Part shown: positions 49,062 to 57,935 of the stretch, in pieces | Layout of the letters: each line of letters begins with the position of its first letter | How positions within the stretch are numbered: position 1 is the stretch's first letter | Source of the DNA: an uncultured bacterium | GTDB taxonomy: Bacteria; Hydrothermota; UBA3073; NMUJ01; CBEVQO01 | Reading direction: 5' to 3' | Length of the DNA stretch: 64,000 nucleotides | Assembly: GCA_965552055.1 (NCBI GenBank) | Contig: CBEVQO010000004.1 | Span: 169,833-233,832, forward strand | Made by a program: the position numbers and the translations under genes | Notes under the pieces: generated by a model | The model's input: the letters and a program-made list of their open reading frames with translations, nothing else | Database searches by the model: none | What the model was told of the DNA's origin: nothing

Positions 49062-50098
49062 GTTTATACCATCTTATAAAAAGATTAAATAGAAAAAAAT
49101 TTGAGCCACAGGTAATTTTACCAGAAAAAGGAGAATTTTATGAAATGTTAAAAGAACTTGGTATAAAGATACATCTTGTAAAAATGCGGGAAATAAGAAA
49201 AGGTAATATTGCGGATATTATGAAGACTTCTTTTGATATAGCGAAGATAATAAAGAAAGAAAAGGTTTCTTTAATTCATGTAAACAGTTCTCGTTCAGCG
49301 ATTTACTGCGGGATTGCAGCTAAAATCACAAGGATACCTTTAATAACACATATAAGAGTGATTCAGAGAGAGCCTCTCTATGACTGGGTTATCGCTTTTT
49401 TATCCACAAAAATAATAGCAATTTCAAAAGCAGTAAGAAAAAGATTTGATTACCTATCGGATAAAAAAGTTAAAATAATTTATAATGGCATTGATGTAAA
49501 TGAGTTTAAACCAGGAGGTGAGAAAAAGTTAAAAAGAGAATTAAATTTGAAAGATGAATTTTTACTTGCTTCGGTAGGGAATCTAAATCCCTATAAAGGG
49601 CATGATTATGTAATAATGGCGTTTAAAGAAGTAAAGGCTAAGATAAAGAAAGTAAAGTTAGTAATATGTGGTGAAGGTGAACAAAAATCATATTTTATGA
49701 GATTATCAAAAAGGTTAGGATTATCTCAAGATGTCATATTTCTCGGGAGAAGACAGGATATTGTTGATGTAATGGATTCTATTGATGTTTTTTTGATTTC
49801 TTCTTTTTCTGAGCCTTTTGGCAGGGTAATTTGTGAGGCGATGGCATGCGAAAAGCCAGTGGTAGGTGTTAAAGCAGGAGCAATTCCAGAAATAGTCGAA
49901 GACGGTAAAACCGGTATTTTATGTAAACCAAAAGATATAAAAGAGTTTGCAGAGGCTATAATAAGACTTTTGAAAGACGAAAAATTGAGAAAAGAGATGG
50001 GAAAAAGGGGCAGAGAAAGGGTTGAAAAATTTTTTACAATCGAGCGAAATGTAAGAGAGATTGAGAACTTATATGATGAAATCTTAAAATGTTGTTAA
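48992..50098 (+). CDS. Glycosyltransferase family 4
   Basis: GGGQ, YNGID, KGH, EPFGRVICEAMA. Confidence 0.9.
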   Translation: MSEEVKVVLYADSTGKIKGGGQLSLYHLIKRLNRKKFEPQVILPEKGEFYEMLKELGIKIHLVKMREIRKGNIADIMKTSFDIAKIIKKEKVSLIHVNSSRSAIYCGIAAKITRIPLITHIRVIQREPLYDWVIAFLSTKIIAISKAVRKRFDYLSDKKVKIIYNGIDVNEFKPGGEKKLKRELNLKDEFLLASVGNLNPYKGHDYVIMAFKEVKAKIKKVKLVICGEGEQKSYFMRLSKRLGLSQDVIFLGRRQDIVDVMDSIDVFLISSFSEPFGRVICEAMACEKPVVGVKAGAIPEIVEDGKTGILCKPKDIKEFAEAIIRLLKDEKLRKEMGKRGRERVEKFFTIERNVREIENLYDEILKCC

Positions 50099-51339
50099 TT
50101 CTTGGTGGAGGATTAACGGGGTTAAGTACAGGTTATCATTTGAAAAAGAAAGGATTCGAAGATTTTTTAATAATTGAAAAAGAAGAAAAACCGGGTGGAC
50201 TTTGTAAGTCCTATTTTAAAGATGGATTTACTTATGACTACGGAGGGCATTATTTACATTTTCGAACCGAATATGCGGAAAATCTTGTAAAAAATTTGTT
50301 GAAAAATAATTTGAAAAAACACGAAAGAAAATCCGTGATATATATAGATGGGAAGTTTATACCTTATCCCTTTCAACGAAATTTAAGAGGATTATCTTTT
50401 AAAAAAATATCAGAATGTCTATTTGGCTTAATTTTTGCCAGATTACAGAGGAAAAAAGCTTTGAATTTTAAAGACTGGATAATCCAAAATTATGGCTATG
50501 GGATGGCGAAATATTTTTTTATCCCGTATAATGAGAAGCTGTGGGGTGAACTCACTGAAATAACAACAGAATGGACAAAAAGATTTGTACCCGATACTTC
50601 TTTTTTAAAAATTTTAAAAAGTTTAGTGAAACCCGATTTAAAAGCAGGATATAATCCTGAATTTTATTATCCCGAAAGGGGAGGGATACAGGTATTGACT
50701 GATAAAATTTTTGAATACATAAAAGACAAAGTGAAGCTTAAAGAAAAAGTGGTAGAAATTGATATTGCCAAAAAGGAAGTGAGAACAAATAAAGGAATAT
50801 ATACTTACGAAAAATTGTTGAATACGATTCCTTTACCCGAATTTTTAAGGATTTTGAAAAATGTTCCTTTTCAATTTAAAGAAATAGGTGGAAAGTTGAA
50901 ATGTGTAAGCGTTTATGTTTATTGTATAGGTTATAGGGGAAAAACGCCACCTTATCACTGGATATATGTACCGCAAAAGGAATTTAAATTTTACAGGGTG
51001 GGATTACACAGTAACATTTCTGCGAATCTTTCGCCCGAAAATTGGCAGGCTATCACATGTGAATCGAGAGAAAATTTGAAATTTGACGAAATTATAGAAG
51101 GACTCAGAAAAATGAGGGTTATAGGAGAAGGAGAAACAAAAGATAACGGCAAGCTTTTTATAAAATATGCATATGTTATATATGATGAGTATCGCAGGTA
51201 TTTATCTTTTGTTTTTTCTTTTTTAGAGAGTAAAGATGTCTTTTGTGGTGGACGCTTTGGTAGATGGGAATATTCAACGATGGAAGATTCTTTAATCTTT
51301 GGTAAAAATTTTTCGGAATTTTACTTGAGAAATCCATAG
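50089..51339 (+). CDS. FAD-dependent oxidoreductase (HemY/UDP-galactopyranose mutase-like, glycan locus)
   Basis: GGGLTGL, GGLC, DYGGH, YNEKLW, FYYP..GG, GRFGRWEY. Confidence 0.85.
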   Translation: MLLILGGGLTGLSTGYHLKKKGFEDFLIIEKEEKPGGLCKSYFKDGFTYDYGGHYLHFRTEYAENLVKNLLKNNLKKHERKSVIYIDGKFIPYPFQRNLRGLSFKKISECLFGLIFARLQRKKALNFKDWIIQNYGYGMAKYFFIPYNEKLWGELTEITTEWTKRFVPDTSFLKILKSLVKPDLKAGYNPEFYYPERGGIQVLTDKIFEYIKDKVKLKEKVVEIDIAKKEVRTNKGIYTYEKLLNTIPLPEFLRILKNVPFQFKEIGGKLKCVSVYVYCIGYRGKTPPYHWIYVPQKEFKFYRVGLHSNISANLSPENWQAITCESRENLKFDEIIEGLRKMRVIGEGETKDNGKLFIKYAYVIYDEYRRYLSFVFSFLESKDVFCGGRFGRWEYSTMEDSLIFGKNFSEFYLRNP

Positions 51340-51360
51340 TTAAATTTTGCATTAAAAAGC

Positions 51361-51387
51361 TTGACAGACTTTTATTTTGATTATAAT
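51361..51387 (+). promoter_or_regulatory. Perfect TTGACA-N15-TATAAT promoter of the insert
   Basis: TTGACA 51361-66, TATAAT 51382-87. Confidence 0.7.
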
Positions 51388-51465
51388 AGGATGATGAGGG
51401 AGTTTTTAATTTGGGTTAATGTAATTAGGGAGAGGGGGACACATTTTAAAAGCATAAGAGATTTT

Positions 51466-51490
51466 ATCCTATCCTATCCTATCCTATCCT
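51466..51490 (+). repeat. (ATCCT)5 microsatellite
   Basis: Five exact tandem copies. Confidence 0.9.
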
Positions 51491-51647
51491 TGGTACTTTA
51501 GTGAAGGCGTTCCCTAGAGGCGTAAATTCATTTAGTGAGCCCCGACCCCTTTAGGGGATAGGGGACGGGCGCCATCCCGACCCGAATGGGGCAGGGCAGG
51601 TGAATGGGGTTTGTTCTTTGAGAGGTTAAAATTTTTAAAAGGAGGGT

Positions 51648-52229
51648 ATGATGTTAAGGAAGATAAGTCTTTTGGCAATTATCATAGTTTTTCCTTTGTT
51701 TGGAGAAGTAACTACGGAAATGACTACAATAGAAGTGAAAACAGACGAAGATTGGAAAGCTATAATTCAGCAACATCCTGAATGGGTGGCGCTTAAGAAC
51801 CCCGGTAAAGTTTATTTTGTAGAAATCATATTAAAAAATATTGATAAACTTGCGTTTGATTCAGAAGGTCACCGTAGAGCTTATTTAAATAAACTTAAAG
51901 CAGTTATAGCTACAGCTAAAACTCAAAATTGGCAAGGAGTAATTCAAAAGATTGAGAACGATCTTATACCACATGCAAAATCTTGGTTAACAAAAGAAAA
52001 TCATATAATTGCAGTAGAACTTTTACTTAAATTACAAAAGTTAACTTACGAAAAGCGGGCTACTACTTTATATGTTTGTGAAAGTTGTATAGAAGAGCTC
52101 TTTTCAAGAATGCTTGAAGAAGAACTTACGTGTAAAATAAAAATAAAGTTTTATTTCAAATGCAAATGGACTCAGAAAGGCGGTCTTAGTTGCGAGGTAG
52201 GAATAACAATTGAATGGGAACGGAAGTGA
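51648..52229 (+). CDS. Secreted hypothetical protein: helical body plus Cys-rich cationic beta-hairpin C-terminus
   Basis: SD AGGAGG; signal peptide; all 5 Cys fall in the last ~50 aa. Confidence 0.75.
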   Translation: MMLRKISLLAIIIVFPLFGEVTTEMTTIEVKTDEDWKAIIQQHPEWVALKNPGKVYFVEIILKNIDKLAFDSEGHRRAYLNKLKAVIATAKTQNWQGVIQKIENDLIPHAKSWLTKENHIIAVELLLKLQKLTYEKRATTLYVCESCIEELFSRMLEEELTCKIKIKFYFKCKWTQKGGLSCEVGITIEWERK

Positions 52230-52235
52230 AAAGCC

Positions 52236-53783
52236 ATGCAACATATTTTTATTAAATGCGCGGTTGGATGTTTAGTTATCCTCTCCGGGTGCTATTATTC
52301 TCTGGCTAAAAAAGAAGTAGGATGTGCATGTACTTTAGGTGTTGGAGGAGGAAATCTACAGGTAATAAGTAAAAGTGGACGAGTTTTATCATACCAGAAT
52401 ATTAAAGTATTCTTTAAAGATGCTGATCAAGAAGATAAAGCAAAAGAAGCATTGGAGTTGCTTAAATGTGGTAAAAAAACTATAGAAGAAATTACAGGAT
52501 TAAAAACAATACCTATAAATGTAAAAATAATTAAAAAGGGGAGCTTTATTGGGAAAGGAGATATCTGGGGTGTTTCGATTAAAACAGATGAAACATTTAA
52601 AAGTGATTTAGCTACTGTGATTCACGAGATAACAGAACAGACGATTAGAAGAGAGCAAATTAAGGGCAGGTTTGTTTTTGATGGGATAGCTGAGTATGTA
52701 AGGTTAATATTCCAAGAGAAGTACTTACCAACACTTTTTTATAAAGAAAATACAGCGTTTTATTTTTTATTTTATCCTCTTGATAGAGAAAAAAGATTTG
52801 ATATATGTAAATGGAAGGCGGTTTCTCCTATACTGCTCTTCAAGATGATTTTCTTACCGGGTAAAATGAAGGAAAAAGTAGCAATTAGTCAAGTAATTTA
52901 TTATTGGATTTCAGCGTATTTTTGGGCCAAAATGGTTGACAAATCAGGCAAAACAGATTTAATTCGTGCTTTTATTGCTAAAGTGTTAAGCTTACCTCCA
53001 AAACATCGAAAAATTGAGTCAGAAATTAAAATACTGGAAGAGCTTACAGGATTGGAAGTTCGAAAAGAGATGGTAATTTCTGTAAATGAAATGATAGAAA
53101 ATTTACCTAAATATTTTTTATTTTTTAAAATACCCAAGAATATGGTACCTATAAAAATAGAAGACGAAAAATATATTTTCATAGATAAGTATGAAGTTAC
53201 AAATGAAGAATTTGTAAAATTTCTTAACGAATGTGGCAATCAAATAGAAGGGGGGAAGCCATGGTTATGCGAAGAGTGTAATAGGGAAATAGAAAAAATA
53301 GGGAAGAGATATAAGGTTAAACCAGGGTACGAAAATTACCCCGTGAGATTTGTTACATGGTACGGAGCAAATGCTTATGCTAAGTGGGTTGGGAAGCGTT
53401 TACCTACAAAGGAAGAATGGATAAAGGCTGCTGTTGGAGATAAATATAAGAGATATCCATGGGGTAATAAATGGCAAAAAAATTATTGTAATTGGGGTGA
53501 ATACGGTAAATATGACAAGTATAAGGAGACATCTCCGGTAAATAGTTTCGAAAAAGGTAAGTCAGAATATGGATGCTATAATTTAGTGGGAAATGTAGCA
53601 GAGTGGGTTCAACCTTTTGAAGGAAATTACTTATATTTAGGTGGTTCATATATGGATGATAAAAATTTCGTAAATGTTTATTCTTTCGGAAAAGGCACTC
53701 CTAATAGCAGCTATTCATATGTAGGATTTAGATGTGCAAAAGACTTCCCAACAATTAACGAGTTGCGTGAATTACATAAATGA
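52236..53783 (+). CDS. Putative lipoprotein: gluzincin-like domain (HExxE) + FGE-sulfatase/SUMF1 domain
   Basis: LSGC lipobox; VIHEITE...FDGIAEY; IDKYEVTN, YPV..VTW, KRLPT.EEW, YPWG, GNVAEW, VGFRC. Confidence 0.75.
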   Translation: MQHIFIKCAVGCLVILSGCYYSLAKKEVGCACTLGVGGGNLQVISKSGRVLSYQNIKVFFKDADQEDKAKEALELLKCGKKTIEEITGLKTIPINVKIIKKGSFIGKGDIWGVSIKTDETFKSDLATVIHEITEQTIRREQIKGRFVFDGIAEYVRLIFQEKYLPTLFYKENTAFYFLFYPLDREKRFDICKWKAVSPILLFKMIFLPGKMKEKVAISQVIYYWISAYFWAKMVDKSGKTDLIRAFIAKVLSLPPKHRKIESEIKILEELTGLEVRKEMVISVNEMIENLPKYFLFFKIPKNMVPIKIEDEKYIFIDKYEVTNEEFVKFLNECGNQIEGGKPWLCEECNREIEKIGKRYKVKPGYENYPVRFVTWYGANAYAKWVGKRLPTKEEWIKAAVGDKYKRYPWGNKWQKNYCNWGEYGKYDKYKETSPVNSFEKGKSEYGCYNLVGNVAEWVQPFEGNYLYLGGSYMDDKNFVNVYSFGKGTPNSSYSYVGFRCAKDFPTINELRELHK

Positions 53784-53797
53784 ATAATAAAATGTGA

Positions 53798-55105
53798 GTG
53801 AAAGTGAATGATATTTGGCTGCTATTTCTTATTATCTACAATAACTTTAAATTCTCCTCACACTCTGATTTTACAAATACTATATTTTCTTATGATGAAA
53901 AAGCTTCTACTATAAATGAATTGAGAAATAAATTTGATGCGATATTAAGATACGATTTTAAAAATATTTCATTGCAAACTAAATTATTTGCTGAATTCAA
54001 ATATGATTTTGATACGCTTATTAATTATAAAATTCCATTTGATTTAATCTTTTGCTATATGCCAAACAAGAATTATTCTATTGGATTGGATTCACGATTC
54101 TATAAGTCTTCGAATGATTCACTAATTAAAATTTATTGGATAAATATGAAATATCGGTACAAAGATAATACAATAAAATTGTCTCAATTGAAATTTCGGG
54201 GTGTCAGAACCACAAGTTGTATTTTTGAAGGTAAAACTTATACCCTTGGTTACGCCCGCAAATTTACAGGTGCAAAAACTTATAAAAGTTTATTTGCTTC
54301 AAAAAGATTTAAAAAATTTACCATAAGGACGAATATTGAATCAAGAACATTTATGTGCGGAGTTTATGCATCTCACAATACCCCGTCAGGGAAAAGGAAG
54401 CTTAAATTTACTTTTACAGGGAATCATAACGAATTTAAATTTTATAAATATTCATCCTGCATAGGTTATGAAACCAGCAAACTAAATCTTGAAATAAACA
54501 CGCAGATTGATTCTCTAAAAGATTGCAATTTAAAATTAAAATCTAATCTAAAAGAGAAGCGTTTCAAAACAGATATTGCATATAGGGGATTTAGAAATTT
54601 TGAATATGGTGGGGTGATTTTTACAATTACGCCGAATGACTGGTTAGAAGCTACTTTTAGGGCTTCTATTACTCGCAGTTTTGATAGGGTCGATTCAATA
54701 GGTGTAGAACTTGGTCATTACTTTGAATCACTATTTTTGAATTATGGAGCAAGTCGAATTATAAAATTTAGCGAAGTAAAGAATATATTTTATGAGAATA
54801 TTGAAAAGGAATTTTATTTCAGCAATATGGGGCTGATTTTTTCTATCATTTTATCACAGGAAATTTGCAAGGAGAAATCATTTATGCATGAAATAAGTAT
54901 TACTTTTTTCCATAAGGATTTATATTTTGGAATAAATTACCAGAATGACATTAGTTCTGGTAGTTATACATGGCATGATGCATATTTCACATTGGGGTAT
55001 AATTTTAAAAAACATAAATTTGAACTTTGTTATTTCATTTCGGGAGAGAAAATTAAACATCCAGAAATGAAAACCTTCTCATTCTCATATTTGCATAAAT
55101 TTTGA
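53798..55105 (+). CDS. Putative outer-membrane beta-barrel hypothetical protein
   Basis: Strand-rich and aromatic-rich; C-terminal FSFSYLHKF; GTG start. Confidence 0.55.
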   Translation: MKVNDIWLLFLIIYNNFKFSSHSDFTNTIFSYDEKASTINELRNKFDAILRYDFKNISLQTKLFAEFKYDFDTLINYKIPFDLIFCYMPNKNYSIGLDSRFYKSSNDSLIKIYWINMKYRYKDNTIKLSQLKFRGVRTTSCIFEGKTYTLGYARKFTGAKTYKSLFASKRFKKFTIRTNIESRTFMCGVYASHNTPSGKRKLKFTFTGNHNEFKFYKYSSCIGYETSKLNLEINTQIDSLKDCNLKLKSNLKEKRFKTDIAYRGFRNFEYGGVIFTITPNDWLEATFRASITRSFDRVDSIGVELGHYFESLFLNYGASRIIKFSEVKNIFYENIEKEFYFSNMGLIFSIILSQEICKEKSFMHEISITFFHKDLYFGINYQNDISSGSYTWHDAYFTLGYNFKKHKFELCYFISGEKIKHPEMKTFSFSYLHKF

Positions 55106-55155
55106 AATTTTTCGGAATTTTACTTGACTACTCTCTAATTTGATTAAAATTTTTA

Positions 55156-56160
55156 ATGGAGGGTAAGATGAGGTTGTGGCATTATGTTGTGATTGCGTTG
55201 TTGGGGACGAGTCTGATGTGTTCTCGTGCGAAGCCTCCTACGAAAGAAGAAACCGAAGAAGAGTTCCTTTCTCAGCCTCAAAGGATATCCGAAGATGTTG
55301 AAAATTCTCTTGCAGGACAGGCACTTGCGGATTTTGCAGAAAAACAAGAAAGTTATAAAGGTAAAGTAAAACTTTTCTCAAAGGAATTCGCACTGAGCTA
55401 CTATAAGATTTTCAGAAAAAGTAAACAGGAGGAGTCTTATGGAACCTACGAATGGGATACCACATTTCATCAATGGGTGCTTGTTGACTCTACTTATCCT
55501 GCTGATGGCTGGCTCTTTAAATGGACATTTACAGATACCGCAGGCAACCCGCATTCAGCTGAATTTCTAATTGATTCTTTAAAATATCAGGTGATAGTTT
55601 ACGATGAGTATCCTGATTCAATACCAACGAGGGCTCATGCTTCTTTAAAAGTGGATAACTCCGAACTCGCCTGGATGTTATTCCATGCACAATATACAAC
55701 AGAAGGAATACCCGAAAAAGCAGACCTTACACTTGAATTAGTAGGCGTAATACAAGTTGGAATGGAGTTAGAACTTTCTGGTGTTACAACTGAAGAAATA
55801 CCCATCGGTAGCGTTCATTTCTGGATGATAGATTATAAACAAAACAATTATCGGATTGATTTAACTATAAAAGGTAATCAGGATTCTTCTATTGACATTA
55901 CACTTGAAGATAATAATGGCTGGAAACTCGTTATGGATATAAGTGCACCCGAGGCAGTTGTAGAAGCGAGTTATGCTGGAAAGAAATGGGAAGTCACAGG
56001 CGAAATCACACGCAAAGGAGCGCATGCTGCGGATATCGAAGGAACTATCTGGGACCCCGATGTGGAACCCGACCATGTATCTGAAATATGGGTTGTCTTT
56101 CCTGACGGGACAAAGAAATCTCTTGAAGATTATTTTAGCTTCCTTGAGGAAGAAGAGTAA
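55156..56160 (+). CDS. Hypothetical lipoprotein
   Basis: Signal with SLMC; acidic beta-rich body; promoter TTGACT-N15-TAAAAT at 55124-55150. Start may be 55168. Confidence 0.7.
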   Translation: MEGKMRLWHYVVIALLGTSLMCSRAKPPTKEETEEEFLSQPQRISEDVENSLAGQALADFAEKQESYKGKVKLFSKEFALSYYKIFRKSKQEESYGTYEWDTTFHQWVLVDSTYPADGWLFKWTFTDTAGNPHSAEFLIDSLKYQVIVYDEYPDSIPTRAHASLKVDNSELAWMLFHAQYTTEGIPEKADLTLELVGVIQVGMELELSGVTTEEIPIGSVHFWMIDYKQNNYRIDLTIKGNQDSSIDITLEDNNGWKLVMDISAPEAVVEASYAGKKWEVTGEITRKGAHAADIEGTIWDPDVEPDHVSEIWVVFPDGTKKSLEDYFSFLEEEE

Positions 56161-57207
56161 TTATAATTTGCGTGATAGTAAAATACTTATCAGACAACAT
56201 ATTGTTGCGAATATCATTGGAGAAAGCGGGAAAATTCCGTAAATCGCACCGCCTATAAGGGGTCCTGCAATGGAGGAAAGGGAAATGGTCGAAAATGTAA
56301 TGCCTGAATATGTAGCCCTCTCATCTGTCCTCTCAAAAATATAGCGTGTAATACCTACGAATAAAAAAGACCAGCTAAAAGCAATCAAAATTTGTGCAAA
56401 AAATAAAAATTTGTAATGTGTTAAAATGCTCCACAATAAAAATCCGCAAAAAGAAAATATAAAGCCAAGTTTAACAGAAAGATCGCTATCAACTCTATCA
56501 ATAAAATTCATTATTATGAACTGAAAGAGCGGATTTATACCTGTTATAAAACTTATCCAGAAGTCATTTGCTCCTTTTGACCTTAAATAAATCGCAAAGA
56601 TAACCCATACCGCTGTTGCACCAAGATGCCTTATGAAAAACGCAAAGAAGAGGTTTAAAAAATTTCTAGGAATCCTTGGAAATAAACCACTTGCTTTTAT
56701 TTGGGGTTGAACATCTCTAACGGGTAAAAAGAAAAATAGAGCCGAAAATAACAAAATTGCGGATGCAAAGAAACACTTTGTTAAATCTTTTATGAAGCCA
56801 AAGAGGAAACTCCCAATAGCCCATCCCAAACTGCCGATGCTTAAAAAAGTACCATATCTAACACCAAGTTCATATCCATAAGCAGTAAAAATCGAAAAGA
56901 AACCACCTGCAAAGAAAGCAAAAATCATCCTTAAAATTGTAAAAGAAATGATGTTTCGAGCTAAACCCTGACAGAATAAAAAAGCCGAAGAAAGAATTAA
57001 TAACACAATAGTTATATTTTTTCTGATTCTGAAAATGTCCGATAATCTACCTGCAAGGTAAGAACCCAGGAAGAAAAATACACCATGTAAACTGACAATG
57101 GCACCTATGGTGGAAGAAGGGGCGCCTATTTCTGAAAGATAAAGAGGGGTTATTAAAAATAAAAGAGCATAAGAACATTCCGATAAAAATTTTGAAAGAT
57201 AAATCAT
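56161..57207 (-). CDS. MFS transporter
   Basis: AGRLSDIFRIRK motif A; about 12 TM segments. Confidence 0.85.
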   Translation of the reverse strand: MIYLSKFLSECSYALLFLITPLYLSEIGAPSSTIGAIVSLHGVFFFLGSYLAGRLSDIFRIRKNITIVLLILSSAFLFCQGLARNIISFTILRMIFAFFAGGFFSIFTAYGYELGVRYGTFLSIGSLGWAIGSFLFGFIKDLTKCFFASAILLFSALFFFLPVRDVQPQIKASGLFPRIPRNFLNLFFAFFIRHLGATAVWVIFAIYLRSKGANDFWISFITGINPLFQFIIMNFIDRVDSDLSVKLGFIFSFCGFLLWSILTHYKFLFFAQILIAFSWSFLFVGITRYIFERTDERATYSGITFSTISLSSIAGPLIGGAIYGIFPLSPMIFATICCLISILLSRKL

Positions 57208-57866
57208 TTAATGAATTTCCATTTTATAAGTGTAAAAATTGCTTTGAAACCATCTTTTACACCGATTTTTTTCCCTTTGCGTCGTGCACTATAAGAAATC
57301 GGCACTTCATAAATTTTATAACCCAATCTGCAAACTTTTGCAGTAATTTCTGGCTCTATGTCAAATCTATTTGCTTCTATTTTTAATTTTTTAAACAATT
57401 GTGTGGGCATCATTTTATAACATGTTTCCATATCGGTAATTTTTGCACCAAATAATAAATTCGTTAAGAAGGTTAAAAATTTGTTCGCTATATAACTTTC
57501 GGGTAAGAATTTTCCTTTGCCTTTAAATCGTGAACCGTAAATAACTTTTGCTTTTTCTTTTTTGGCGATTTCGAACATTTTTATCAAATCTTTGGGATTA
57601 TATTCAAGGTCTGCGTCCTGAATGACAGCATACTCGCCTGTTGTGGCATTTAAACCCGTCTTTATAGCTGCTCCTTTGCCCATATTTTTTTCATGATGCA
57701 AAACTTTTATGCCTTCGATTTTTTTTAGAATTTCATAGGTTTTGTCTTTTGAACAATCATCTATTACTATGATTTCTTTATCAATTGGTAATTTTTTGAC
57801 ATTTTCAATAACCTTCTCGATTGTGCTTTCTTCATTGTAGACAGGTATAAGGATTGATAGTTTCAT
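57204..57866 (-). CDS. GT2, polyprenol-phosphate glycosyltransferase (DPM1-like)
   Basis: IPVYNEE, DDCSKD, GKGAA, QDADLEY, TDMETCYK, FDIEPEITAK. Confidence 0.9.
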   Translation of the reverse strand: MKLSILIPVYNEESTIEKVIENVKKLPIDKEIIVIDDCSKDKTYEILKKIEGIKVLHHEKNMGKGAAIKTGLNATTGEYAVIQDADLEYNPKDLIKMFEIAKKEKAKVIYGSRFKGKGKFLPESYIANKFLTFLTNLLFGAKITDMETCYKMMPTQLFKKLKIEANRFDIEPEITAKVCRLGYKIYEVPISYSARRKGKKIGVKDGFKAIFTLIKWKFIK

Positions 57867-57935
57867 CTTAAAAGATAATCAAGATTACAATTTGTCAATT
57901 CTTTCTTGACATTTTTTGAGATTTAATTAAATTTA

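Larger units (their letters stand above)
51306..55127. mobile_element. ~3.8-kb insert flanked by perfect 23-bp direct repeats, no integrase
   Basis: AAATTTTTCGGAATTTTACTTGA at 51306-51328 (3' end of the oxidoreductase gene) and again at 55105-55127. Confidence 0.7.

Noticed and set aside
53140..53783. FGE/CLec-fold C-terminus as a diversity-generating retroelement target
   Set aside because: No reverse transcriptase and no template-repeat copy seen in the window.
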